Positions 43,661 to 52,628 of a DNA stretch of 64,000 nucleotides are shown here, in pieces. The DNA comes from Candidatus Saccharibacteria bacterium UBA6824. Its GTDB lineage: Bacteria; Patescibacteriota; Saccharimonadia; Saccharimonadales; UBA10212. A program made the position numbers and the translations under genes. Numbering within the stretch: the stretch's first letter is position 1; each line of letters starts with the position of its first letter. Below the pieces are notes generated by a model. It was not told the DNA's origin. It ran no database searches and was given only the letters and a program-made list of their open reading frames with translations. The stretch covers positions 22,532-86,531 of the forward strand of contig DKEK01000006.1 of assembly GCA_002452155.1 (NCBI GenBank), written 5' to 3'.

Positions 43661-43802
43661 AGTCTAGACCTCCAGCTGCAGGGCTGTTTAAGCTCTCCCT
43701 CTGAAGGTTTTTCTGGGTGGGTAAGAGTGTGTGGGTGTGTGGGATTTTAGACATAGCTGTTGGTGTTTACCCTCCTCATGGTGCTTGAGGTTATTGTAGC
43801 AT
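43661..43802 (-). promoter_or_regulatory. promoter (TTGCAG-16-TGCTACAAT, -10 at 43793-43801) and ~125-nt leader of beta-helix copy 3
   Basis: The extended -10 and the 61-nt leader block are shared with copy 2. The AAAAACCTTCAGAG block is shared with copy 1. SD GGAGG lies 10 nt before the ATG. Confidence 0.65.
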
Positions 43803-43866
43803 AAGGACCAAGAACTGCAATTAATTTTATAGCAAATTTTGACCATTTTAAATCTAGGATAGCGGA

Positions 43867-46734
43867 TCAACTGCAGCCAGTGGTGCTGCCACAGGAAGTG
43901 CAGACGTAGCACGAGCCGGCTCTTTGGGTTTGGTTACCGCAGTTGTAGCATAGCGGCGCAGCGTCATCTAGGCGGATAGTATCCTCCTTTGGCTCAGGCG
44001 GGCTGGTAGTCTCCTGCTGGAGATGTTTGAGGTCAGCCGTGCTGGCGGCTACAGTCGTGACGGCTTCGGTGATGGCGGCTTCGGCCTGGGCTACGGTCTC
44101 AAGAGCTTGTTCAACAATTACATCCTGGGGGGCCGCCGCTTCGGATAGTAAGCTGGTTTGGCCCGGCGGCTGGTCGTCTATGCTGGCCAGGCCGACTTCC
44201 AGGCGTTCGTCGAAGCTCAAGTAGGTTTTACCAAGCCGGCGGAAAATATAGTCAATCAGCGAACTGGCAGTCCGGATTTCCGGGTCATCGGTAATGCCGG
44301 CCGGCGCGAAGCTAGTGTTGGCAAATACCCGAACATAACTTTTTAGCGGTACGCCGTATTGCAGGCCATAACTAACGGCTATACCGAAGGCGTCCATGAC
44401 GCCCCGCAGGGTCGAACCCATTTTAGAACTGCTGATGAACAACTCACCGGGCGTACCGTCGTCGTATTCACCAACAATCACGTAGCCCCGGGTGCCGGCG
44501 ACTGTAAATTTAAAGTTTTTGGCGTTGCGGATTCGCGGCAGGTCGCGACGGACCGCTGTATGCGGCACCAGGCTTTCGTTAAATGTAGCAACGAGGGCTG
44601 CCGGACTGGCGTTGCCGGCGGTGGCCACGGACGCCGGTTCTTCTTTAGCGCCGTCTTTTTTGGCCATCGAAAGCGGCTGGGCAACTTTGCAGTTATCGCG
44701 GTAAATAGCCACCGCTTTGAGGCCCATCTTCCAAGCGTCCATGTGCAACTGTTCGACATCCTCAACACTAACGTCCTCGGGCATGTTGACGGTTTTGGAA
44801 ATGGCGCCGGAAATAAACGGCTGGACGGCACTCATCATTTTGACGTGGCCCAAGTAGTGGATGGCGTTATCGCCCATGCTGCAGGCAAAGACCGGTTCGT
44901 GATCTTTTTTCAGATGCGGTGCGTGAAGAATGGTCTTTTCAACGTCGATGTAATTGACGATGTCATCGATCTGGGACTTGTTGTAGCCCAGCGCCTTAAG
45001 CGCCCGCGGCACGGTTTGGTTGACGATGTGCATGGTGCCGCCACCGACCAGTTTTTTGACCTTAACCAGCCCTAAGTCCGGTTCAATACCGGTGGTATCA
45101 CAGTCCATCATTAGGCCAATGGTGCCGGTTGGCGCCAGCACAGTAGCTTGGGAGTTGCGCATGCCGTGCAGCTCGGACAGCTCGACAGCCTCGTCCCAGG
45201 AGCTAGCAGCGGCGGAGAGTAGTTCTTCGGCCGCCAGCGACGGATCAATTTTTTTGACTTCATCGCGGTGCATCTTGAGCACTTTATTCATCCCCTCCAC
45301 GTCTTTGTCATAGCCAGCAAAAGGGCCGACCCGCTTGGCAATTTTGGCGCTGGTAGCGTAAGCGTGGCCGGTCATGAGGGCCGTGATGGCCGCCGCTTGG
45401 GCCCGGCCCTCGTCGCCGTCATAAGGCAGGCCTTGAGCCATTAGCAGCGCGCCAAGATTGGCATAACCGAGTCCCAGCTCGCGATAAGCTCGGGCGGTTT
45501 TAGCGATGCTTTTGGTCGGGTACTCGCTATAGCCGACCAGAATTTCCTGGGCCGTAAACATCAGCTCGACAGTGTGGCGGAAGGCCTCAATATCGAAACT
45601 AAAGTCGTCGTTTAGGTATTTGAGCAAGTTAATCGAAGCCAAGTTGCAAGCCGAATTATCGAGGTGCATATATTCACTGCAGGGGTTAGAAGCATTGATA
45701 CGGCCAGCGTTGGGCGCCGTGTGCCAGCGGTTGATAGTGGTATCAAACTGCATGCCGGGATCGGCGCACTCCCAGGCGGCTTCGGCGATTTGGCGGAAAA
45801 TATCCCGGGCCTTAACCCGCGCTACGGCCTTGCCGGTGGTAACAGCGCTCAGATTCCAGTCGTCGTCGTTTTGGACAGCCTGCATAAAATCATCAGTTAC
45901 ACGCACCGAATTGTTGGCGTTTTGGTACTGGACCGAGAAAGAATCCTTGCCGTCAAGCGTCATGTCAAAACCGGCCGTTTCCAGCACCCGGGTCTTGCGC
46001 TCTTCTATAGCCTTGCACCAAATAAACTCCTGCACGTCCGGGTGGCTGGCGTTTAAGATGACCATTTTGGCCGCCCGGCGAGTTTTGCCGCCGCTTTTAA
46101 TAGCGCCGGCCGATGAATCGGCGCCGCGCATAAATGACAGCGGCCCGGAAGCCGTGCCGGCACTCTTGCCCAGCGGCTCGCGGGAGCTGCGTAGGCTGCT
46201 GACATTGATACCCGACCCACTGCCGCCCTTAAAGATCATGCCCTCTTCGTAGTACCAGTTAAGGATGGCCGGCATGGTGTCTTCAACCGCCAAAATAAAG
46301 CAGGCGCTGGCCTGCTGGGAACGGCCGTGGGCGCCAATATTAAACCAGACCGGGCTGTTAAAGGCCGCCCGCTGGGTGGCTAAGATGTACTTAAGTTCTT
46401 CGCGGAAATCCTCGGCCTCGGCGGGGCTGACAAAATAGCCACCTTGGACGCCTTCACGGGTAATGGTATCGACAACCCGGTTGATAAGTTGTTTGAGGGA
46501 TCGTTCGCGACCCTGGGTATCGGGAGTACCGGTAAAATATTTTTGGGCGACGATGTTGATGGCGTTAAGGCTCCAGCCGTCGGGAAAATCGACATCTTTT
46601 TGTTCAAATACCGGCTTGCCGGTGCCCGGATTAGTGATTAATGAATCGCGTTTGGTCCATGATAGGCTGTCGTAGGCCTTAGTTTTTGGCTTCGTGAAAA
46701 GCCGACGAACCGACAACGTGGCTGCTTGTGCCAT
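43867..46734 (-). CDS. nrdJ: adenosylcobalamin-dependent (class II) ribonucleotide reductase with C-terminal Cys4 zinc-ribbon tail
   Basis: Class II RNR similarity (NPCSEY..., TGIEPD). The start is set at MAQAATLSV (46734), preceded by AAGGAGAGGG. The track ORF extends to 46848. Confidence 0.9.
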   Translation of the reverse strand: MAQAATLSVRRLFTKPKTKAYDSLSWTKRDSLITNPGTGKPVFEQKDVDFPDGWSLNAINIVAQKYFTGTPDTQGRERSLKQLINRVVDTITREGVQGGYFVSPAEAEDFREELKYILATQRAAFNSPVWFNIGAHGRSQQASACFILAVEDTMPAILNWYYEEGMIFKGGSGSGINVSSLRSSREPLGKSAGTASGPLSFMRGADSSAGAIKSGGKTRRAAKMVILNASHPDVQEFIWCKAIEERKTRVLETAGFDMTLDGKDSFSVQYQNANNSVRVTDDFMQAVQNDDDWNLSAVTTGKAVARVKARDIFRQIAEAAWECADPGMQFDTTINRWHTAPNAGRINASNPCSEYMHLDNSACNLASINLLKYLNDDFSFDIEAFRHTVELMFTAQEILVGYSEYPTKSIAKTARAYRELGLGYANLGALLMAQGLPYDGDEGRAQAAAITALMTGHAYATSAKIAKRVGPFAGYDKDVEGMNKVLKMHRDEVKKIDPSLAAEELLSAAASSWDEAVELSELHGMRNSQATVLAPTGTIGLMMDCDTTGIEPDLGLVKVKKLVGGGTMHIVNQTVPRALKALGYNKSQIDDIVNYIDVEKTILHAPHLKKDHEPVFACSMGDNAIHYLGHVKMMSAVQPFISGAISKTVNMPEDVSVEDVEQLHMDAWKMGLKAVAIYRDNCKVAQPLSMAKKDGAKEEPASVATAGNASPAALVATFNESLVPHTAVRRDLPRIRNAKNFKFTVAGTRGYVIVGEYDDGTPGELFISSSKMGSTLRGVMDAFGIAVSYGLQYGVPLKSYVRVFANTSFAPAGITDDPEIRTASSLIDYIFRRLGKTYLSFDERLEVGLASIDDQPPGQTSLLSEAAAPQDVIVEQALETVAQAEAAITEAVTTVAASTADLKHLQQETTSPPEPKEDTIRLDDAAPLCYNCGNQTQRAGSCYVCTSCGSTTGCS

Positions 46735-46874
46735 AGTTTTACCCTCTCCTTGTGGGTTTATTTTGTTTTTAAGTTTTTGTTTAGAGCTAGCCCCAAATTG
46801 CTCCTTCAGACAATTCTTATGATAACTCATAAGCAGTGGCCAAAGCAACCGGCTATTTTTCTCTCTCGCTTAAA

Positions 46875-47348
46875 TTAGGCTTTTTTAGTGTCGGTTTTGC
46901 TCTTTCGGATCCGCGACAGTTCTTTTTCAAAACTGGAAATATCACGGAACTTGCGATAAACGCTGGCAAAACGGACATATGCAACTTCGTTGAGCTTAGA
47001 CAGACCCTGCATGACCAGCTCACCAATGTCGGTGCTGGTAACTTCCGGCTCGCCGCGGCCGTAGAGTTCGCGTTCAACTCCGGCTACAAAGTTCTCGAGC
47101 TGCAGAGATGATAGAGAAGTTTTTTCGCTGGCGTGCTGCAAGCCGCTCATTAGCTTATCGCGGGAGAATAGTTCCCGCGTCCCGTCGCGTTTAATGACGA
47201 CCAAGCTGGGCCGCTCAATTCGCTCGTAGGTAGTAAAGCGGTAACCGCACTTCAGGCACTCCCGGCGGCGGCGGATAGCCTCGCCTTCAGCCACATCGCG
47301 AGATTCTACTACTTTATTGTCTGTTGAGCTACATTGGGCGCATTTCAC
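46875..47348 (-). CDS. nrdR: transcriptional repressor NrdR
   Basis: 157 aa with an N-terminal zinc ribbon (MKCAQCSSTD...CLKCGYRFTTYE) and an ATP-cone domain. Confidence 0.95.
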   Translation of the reverse strand: MKCAQCSSTDNKVVESRDVAEGEAIRRRRECLKCGYRFTTYERIERPSLVVIKRDGTRELFSRDKLMSGLQHASEKTSLSSLQLENFVAGVERELYGRGEPEVTSTDIGELVMQGLSKLNEVAYVRFASVYRKFRDISSFEKELSRIRKSKTDTKKA

Positions 47349-47389
47349 TTATCTGACCTCTTTTAAGCTGTGTTTGTTCAAGGTACGAT

Positions 47390-47403
47390 CACTACATGTA
47401 GTG
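47390..47403. promoter_or_regulatory. candidate NrdR box CACTACATGTAGTG
   Basis: Perfect 14-bp palindrome 42 nt upstream of nrdR. It resembles the NrdR-box consensus acaCwAtATaTwGtgt. A degenerate second site lies ~21 bp away (47411-47424). Confidence 0.5.
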
Positions 47404-47497
47404 GTTGTGAAACTAATACTAGCCCCACAAGTAGCGCCCGTGCAAGTTTTTTTTGATGTGCTTTTCACAAACATGGATTATTATTCAAGCGATTCAA

Positions 47498-48964
47498 TTA
47501 GTTTTTGGGCTGCGAATCTTGAGCACCTTTTTTAGTCTTTTTGTCGTCTTTGGCTTCATCCTTGGCTGACTTTGGGCTTTGGCTTTCGCCCGCTCCCTCA
47601 TCAGTTATTTGACCATATTCATTAGTCTTTTTGGCGTCAGGCTCAACCAGTGATTCATCGCCTTTTTGCCCACCTGACTCGTCGTCGCTTTGCCTTTCTT
47701 GCACCGCCTCATCGCCGCCAGCTGGCTTTTCCTTGCGGCGGCCAAAACGACGTAAAAACGACGGCTTATCAATTTCTTTATCGGCCAATTCGTCGGCGTG
47801 GCTGTCGCCACTCATATTTTGCTCGTCGCCAATTGTCCAAATGTTGGGAGCTTCTTCACTATGAAAATCATGGTCGGCTTTCCCCCGTTCGCCCATATCC
47901 ATGTCGATATCGGCCATGGTGGCATCATCTACCTGGGCGGGTGCCGCGCTTTCATCTTTGCCAGTTTGTTTTATCAGCCGGGCGGCCGCCGGGTTGCGCC
48001 GGGCATAATAGGCATCGTCAAAACCAGTCGCCACAACCGTTACGATTAGTTCGCCCTCGAGCTCTGGGTTAATGGTGGCGCCAAAGATGATAGTGGCTTC
48101 TTCATCGGCTGCGCCGGTAATGGTTTCGGCTACGGTGTTAATTTCGTGCATCGACATATCCAGGCCGCCGATGACGTTGAACAGGATGCCGCGGGCACCG
48201 TCGATAGAAACTTCCAATAGTGGCGAGGAGATAGATTGCTGGGCGGCTTCGATGGCCCGGTTTTCACCGCTGGCCCGGCCGATGCCCATAAGTGCCGTAC
48301 CGGCGCTTTGCATAACCGTCTTAACGTCGGCAAAGTCCAGGTTGACCAGCCCATGGACAGTAATAAGGTCAGAAATGCCCTGGACGCCCTGGCGCAGTAC
48401 ATCATCAGCCACTTTGAAAGCTTCCAGTAGCGGTGTCCGGCGGTCGATAGTTTGCAGCAGTTTATCGTTGGGAATAATAATTAGTGTGTCGACGTTGCGG
48501 CTGAGTTTTTCAATCGCCGTCTCGGCATTACGTCGGCGTTTTTCACCTTCAAAAGCAAACGGCTTGGTGGCAAACCCGACCGTAAGCGCCCCGGCATCCT
48601 GGGCGGCTTTAGCCACAATATAACCGGCACCGCTGCCGGTACCGCCGCCGGCACCAATGGTGACAAAGACCATGTCGGCGCCCTCGACAGCTTTTTCAAT
48701 ATCTTCTTTAGACTCCTCGGCGGCTTTTTGGCCCAGCTGCGGATCGGCGCCGACTCCCAAACCCTTGGAAGTTTCTTTGCCGATATGAACTTTTTGGCTG
48801 GCTTTGGAATGATGCAGAGCCTGGGCGTCGGTATTAATAGCCACAAAATCGACCCCTGTAATTCCCGATTCAACCATCCGGTTGATGGCCGCGCCACCGG
48901 CACCGCCGACCCCTACTACTTTAATACGGGCAAATGTCTCGATGGCTGGCTCTACTTGGGGCAT
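47498..48964 (-). CDS. ftsZ: cell division GTPase FtsZ
   Basis: 488 aa with the tubulin signature GGGTGSGA and a long acidic/Lys-rich C-terminal linker. Confidence 0.95.
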   Translation of the reverse strand: MPQVEPAIETFARIKVVGVGGAGGAAINRMVESGITGVDFVAINTDAQALHHSKASQKVHIGKETSKGLGVGADPQLGQKAAEESKEDIEKAVEGADMVFVTIGAGGGTGSGAGYIVAKAAQDAGALTVGFATKPFAFEGEKRRRNAETAIEKLSRNVDTLIIIPNDKLLQTIDRRTPLLEAFKVADDVLRQGVQGISDLITVHGLVNLDFADVKTVMQSAGTALMGIGRASGENRAIEAAQQSISSPLLEVSIDGARGILFNVIGGLDMSMHEINTVAETITGAADEEATIIFGATINPELEGELIVTVVATGFDDAYYARRNPAAARLIKQTGKDESAAPAQVDDATMADIDMDMGERGKADHDFHSEEAPNIWTIGDEQNMSGDSHADELADKEIDKPSFLRRFGRRKEKPAGGDEAVQERQSDDESGGQKGDESLVEPDAKKTNEYGQITDEGAGESQSPKSAKDEAKDDKKTKKGAQDSQPKN

Positions 48965-49063
48965 ATCTGATCCTCCGCTTCTCTAATTGTCCATTATACG
49001 CAAAAATAATATTTGAATGCAATTCCTACTCACCCAAAAAATCCGCAGGAAACTTTGAATAAT

Positions 49064-50323
49064 TTATTGGTTCAGTTTATTTGATTTTCGCTTGAGCTGG
49101 CCTAGAATGCTGTTCAGCGGTGCTTTAACAGATGCAAAAAGGCTGCTGCTGACCTCGTCAAAACTACTAACCGTAGCCGGGCCGAGGTACATATCGAGCA
49201 GCATCAGGCCGACAGCCGGGGCGAAAATTTGGTCGTCCAGCCCATCAACCACTTTGGACACTTGTTTGCTGCTGCCTACCCGGGCCGGTAGTTGTAGTGT
49301 TTCCTTGGCGAAATCTACCAGACCCGGTAGTTTGGCCGTGCCGCCGACAAAAACTACGCCACCGGGCAATTTCCGGGAGCGGTGGATTTTCTTAAACTCC
49401 TTGTCGACGTACTCCAGTATCTCTTCTACCCGGGCCTCGGCAATTAGGCGCATCATCTCCCGGTCAAAGCGGACTTCTTCGCCATTTTTGACAAAACTGC
49501 CCTCGCCCGATACATGCTTGCTGAGACTGGCGTGCTTGACTTTTATTAAATCAGCTACGTCCAGGTCAGTCTTAAGGCCGATGGCCAGATCGTTGGTGAT
49601 ATGGGTACCGCCCATCGGAATGACGGCTATATGCTCGACTTCTCCGTCTTCAATAACCACCACGTTGGTTGTGGCGGCGCCTATATCGACGACGGCTACG
49701 CCTGATTCTTTCTGCGGCCTGGCCAGCACCGCTTCGGCAGCCGCTAAACTGCTGACGCTCCGGTGAGAGGCCTGCAGTTCCGCCTGCCCGAGGACCTGGT
49801 CCAGCATCTTAAGTCCCGGCGCTGAAGCCAGCAGGATATGGGTGTCGACCTCCAGCCGAACGCCGTGCATGCCGACCGGGTCTTTGATATTTTCCTGGCC
49901 GTCCAGACGATAGTTTTTGGCGAAAATCTGAATGATATTTTTATTGGCCGGCAGCTGGACAATGGTGGCCGCTTCTTCGGCCCGCAGCCGGTCGTCAACC
50001 GCTATTTCACGGTCGGGTGAGGAAATAGCAATTACACCTTTACTATTGATCCCCTGCACGTGGGCGCCATTGACGTTGATGGTTGCCGACTTAATTTGCC
50101 GCCCAGAGACGCGTTCGGCTTCTGTCACGGCGCTGATTACGGCTTGGGCGACTTCCTCAACGTGGGCCACATTGCCCTTTCTCATGCCCCCGTTAGGCGC
50201 CTCCGAAAAGGCAATGATGCTTGGTAAGTTAGCGTCCGGGGTTAGTTCTCCAACCACACAGCGCACGGCCGTGGTGCCGATATCCAGTCCGACAAAATAG
50301 GAAAACTTTTCTTCTGATGACAT
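49064..50323 (-). CDS. ftsA: cell division protein FtsA
   Basis: 419 aa with an actin-like ATPase fold (VGLDIGTT, VVDIGAATT) and a position upstream of ftsZ. Confidence 0.9.
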   Translation of the reverse strand: MSSEEKFSYFVGLDIGTTAVRCVVGELTPDANLPSIIAFSEAPNGGMRKGNVAHVEEVAQAVISAVTEAERVSGRQIKSATINVNGAHVQGINSKGVIAISSPDREIAVDDRLRAEEAATIVQLPANKNIIQIFAKNYRLDGQENIKDPVGMHGVRLEVDTHILLASAPGLKMLDQVLGQAELQASHRSVSSLAAAEAVLARPQKESGVAVVDIGAATTNVVVIEDGEVEHIAVIPMGGTHITNDLAIGLKTDLDVADLIKVKHASLSKHVSGEGSFVKNGEEVRFDREMMRLIAEARVEEILEYVDKEFKKIHRSRKLPGGVVFVGGTAKLPGLVDFAKETLQLPARVGSSKQVSKVVDGLDDQIFAPAVGLMLLDMYLGPATVSSFDEVSSSLFASVKAPLNSILGQLKRKSNKLNQ

Positions 50324-50374
50324 GTTTATTTGAATATATTATCCATCTGCAGTATAGCGCTTAAGCTACCGAAA

Positions 50375-51127
50375 TTAAAGGCTGGTCAAGATTTCGGCGC
50401 CATTTTTGGTAACCAGCACCGTGTGTTCGAAGTGGGCGCCCAAGCTGCCGTCGCGCATAACCACTGTCCAGCCATCGCTGGCTGTATCAATATGCCAATC
50501 GCCCAAAGACGCCATTGGTTCAACCGCAATTGTCACCCCAGCCGGCAGCACCGGGCCGGTGCCGGCCACGCCGTAGTTGGGGATACTGGGTTCTTCGTGG
50601 ATTTTATCGCCAATGGCGTGACCGACGAGGTCACGTATGACCCCCAGCTTGTGCTTATCCAGGGTGTCTTGAATGGCAGCCGAAATATCACCAACTCTGG
50701 TTCCGCCGCCAGAAATCGCATTAATGCCGGCTTCCAAGGCGCGCTTGGTGCCTTCCAGCAGGCGTTTGACATCGGCCGGCGGCTCGCCGGAACCGGCGTA
50801 AACGCTGAGGGCGGAATCAAGGATCAGATTTTTATAGCCGATGGTCAGGTCCAATTTAACGACATCGCCGTCTTTAAACGCTTTTTTGCCCGGCATACCG
50901 TGAACAATGGCTTGGTTAACCGATATGCAAAGCACATCCGGGAAACCTTCATAACCCTTCAGTATGGGCTGCAAACCAGCTTTTTTAACTTCCACTTCGG
51001 CGATATCTGCCAGCTGCCGCGGGGTGATGCCCGGCTGGACTTTTTTGGCCAAGATATCAAGCGTCCTGGCCAGCTTTTTGCCGCCCTCGCGCATAATTTC
51101 AATCTCGGCCGGCGTCTTAGCCCGCAT
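50375..51127 (-). CDS. map: type I methionine aminopeptidase
   Basis: The start is set at MRAKTPAEIEIMREGG (51127), overlapping the adk end. Metal-ligand contexts are present (DLTIGY, HGMPG, FEHTVLVT). Confidence 0.9.
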   Translation of the reverse strand: MRAKTPAEIEIMREGGKKLARTLDILAKKVQPGITPRQLADIAEVEVKKAGLQPILKGYEGFPDVLCISVNQAIVHGMPGKKAFKDGDVVKLDLTIGYKNLILDSALSVYAGSGEPPADVKRLLEGTKRALEAGINAISGGGTRVGDISAAIQDTLDKHKLGVIRDLVGHAIGDKIHEEPSIPNYGVAGTGPVLPAGVTIAVEPMASLGDWHIDTASDGWTVVMRDGSLGAHFEHTVLVTKNGAEILTSL

Positions 51128-51665
51128 TTTTAGTCTCCAAAACTGCCTGGATACTTTTTTCGACTTGGTCGGATGGCGGCGAGCCGTTGATTTCATCGAC
51201 TTTGTAACCTTCCTGACCCAGATAATCCAATACCGGCGTAGTGATTTTGGCGTATTCATCCAGTCGGCGCCGGATGATATCTTCTTTGTCGTCCAGACGT
51301 CCGCGTTTTACCAACCGCTCAACTACGGTCCGAACCGGTACTTTTAGATAGATGATAGCCGTGAATTTGACCTCTCCGGCTTCTATTTTGCTAATAAGCC
51401 ACTTGGCTTGAGGGATTGAGCGCGGCGAGCCATCAAGAATGAACTCGTTTTTATCGGCGTCTACCTTTTTTAGCTCAGGCCCCAAAAGGTCCAGGATATC
51501 TTGGTCGCTTACCAGCGTACCCTCGGCGATTTGCTGCAAATGTCTCGGATCGGCCGCTTGCCTGAGCAGCTGGCTGGTAGAAACTCGGGGGCAATCTAGG
51601 TGTTTTACTAAACGTTCGCCCTGTTCTGTTTTGCCAGATCCTATCGCCCCAAAAAGGACAATCAT
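51117..51665 (-). CDS. adk: adenylate kinase (short-lid form)
   Basis: 182 aa with the P-loop GAIGSGKTEQ. Confidence 0.88.
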   Translation of the reverse strand: MIVLFGAIGSGKTEQGERLVKHLDCPRVSTSQLLRQAADPRHLQQIAEGTLVSDQDILDLLGPELKKVDADKNEFILDGSPRSIPQAKWLISKIEAGEVKFTAIIYLKVPVRTVVERLVKRGRLDDKEDIIRRRLDEYAKITTPVLDYLGQEGYKVDEINGSPPSDQVEKSIQAVLETKNAG

Positions 51666-51667
51666 TA

Positions 51668-52114
51668 CTAGCTCAAATTCTCTTTTACCAGACGAGCAAT
51701 AACAGCACCGTCGGCGCTGGGGCCGGCTTTTTGCTTCACAGCACCGATGATCTTACCCATATCGGCCATTGTCGGCGCGGCGGCGGCGGCGATTTCTTTC
51801 TTGACCAACTGCGCAACTGCCGCGTCATCTAATTGCTCGGGCAAATAGCCTTCGATTATGGCTTTTTCGGCCAGTTCGGCCTTGGCCCTCTCGGTTTCAC
51901 CAGCCTCTTTGTAAATATCGGCTGCTTCCTGGCGTTTTTTGGCTTCACGAGCTAGGACTTTCTGGCTCTGCTCCTCGCTCAGCTGGCGATCGGCCGGATT
52001 TTGGGCTACGGCTTCGTATTGCAGGGCGTTTTTTAGGCCTCTTAGTACTTCGGCGCGCTGTTTATCACCTGCCAACATGGCGCTTTTTAAGTCGCTGTCC
52101 AGCATGTCTAGCAT
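51668..52114 (-). CDS. GatB/YqeY domain-containing protein
   Basis: 148 aa with typical YqeY sequence (LKSAMLAGDKQRAEVLRGLKNAL...). Confidence 0.85.
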   Translation of the reverse strand: MLDMLDSDLKSAMLAGDKQRAEVLRGLKNALQYEAVAQNPADRQLSEEQSQKVLAREAKKRQEAADIYKEAGETERAKAELAEKAIIEGYLPEQLDDAAVAQLVKKEIAAAAAPTMADMGKIIGAVKQKAGPSADGAVIARLVKENLS

Positions 52115-52119
52115 AGCCG

Positions 52120-52332
52120 TTATTTTCCGAGTTTGAGTTTTTTAATCTTAGCGGCTTTGCGCTGGCCACGCAAAATAGCCTTAGTCCGGCGATCGCGCTT
52201 GGAAATCGGCTTTTCAAAATATTGGCCCTGTTTAGCAGTAGCCAATACGCCGGCCTGGGAAACCTTACGCGAAAAGCGCCTGAGCATATTTTCAACCGAT
52301 TCTTTACCGTCTTTTCTGGTGACTTGGATCAT
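52120..52332 (-). CDS. rpsU: 30S ribosomal protein S21
   Basis: 70 aa (MIQVTRKDGKESVENMLRRFSRKV...). Confidence 0.9.
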   Translation of the reverse strand: MIQVTRKDGKESVENMLRRFSRKVSQAGVLATAKQGQYFEKPISKRDRRTKAILRGQRKAAKIKKLKLGK

Positions 52333-52628
52333 AGTTGCTGACGTTTACTCTGGCTGGCGCGTTGGGATTTGAGCACAATACTTTGGAGCTCCTTAAAAAT
52401 TGGGAATTGCTTGTTAGTGTAGTAAATTTTGGTATTGCTTTGACGCTCGCTGATCAAAAAACCAATCTTTTCCAGGCGCTTCAGCTCGCGCTGGATGTTA
52501 CCGGCGTCTTCTTTGATGAGCTTAGCCAAACCCCTTACATGCGTCCTAAAATCGGGGTATTTAGCATATACCACGATGATTTTTCGACGCACCCGGGAAG
52601 TGATAAACGTATCTAACACTGGCAACAC
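52329..52628 (-). CDS. winged-helix (ArsR/MarR-like) DNA-binding protein
   Basis: 99 aa with HTH-like HVRGLAKLIKEDAGNIQRELKRLEKIGFL. Overlaps the rpsU start by 4 nt. Confidence 0.65.
   Translation of the reverse strand: MLPVLDTFITSRVRRKIIVVYAKYPDFRTHVRGLAKLIKEDAGNIQRELKRLEKIGFLISERQSNTKIYYTNKQFPIFKELQSIVLKSQRASQSKRQQL

Noticed and set aside
43747-43779. Calling the 10-codon upstream ORF in the beta-helix leaders a gene
   Set aside because: It is present in copies 2 and 3 only, since copy 1 has ATA instead of ATG. It has no Shine-Dalgarno sequence. It is reported as an observation, not a feature.
40585-44001. Diversity-generating retroelement (template/variable repeat) as the explanation for the two nrdJ-end copies or for the fibre-gene repeats
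   Set aside because: The differences are not adenine-specific and there is no reverse transcriptase in the window. In the nrdJ case all differences are synonymous, the opposite of what DGR mutagenesis produces.
44359-46252. 238-aa and 226-aa plus-strand ORFs opposite nrdJ. Similar cases are 49092-49766 opposite ftsA and 50330-51133 opposite map.
   Set aside because: They lie opposite strongly supported housekeeping genes and their products have no motifs. They are antisense shadow ORFs.
46735-46848. 38-codon N-terminal extension of nrdJ in the ORF track (MLWPLLMSYHKNCLKEQ…)
   Set aside because: A strong SD (AAGGAGAGGG) precedes the internal ATG at 46734, and RNR similarity starts there. The extension is probably untranslated.
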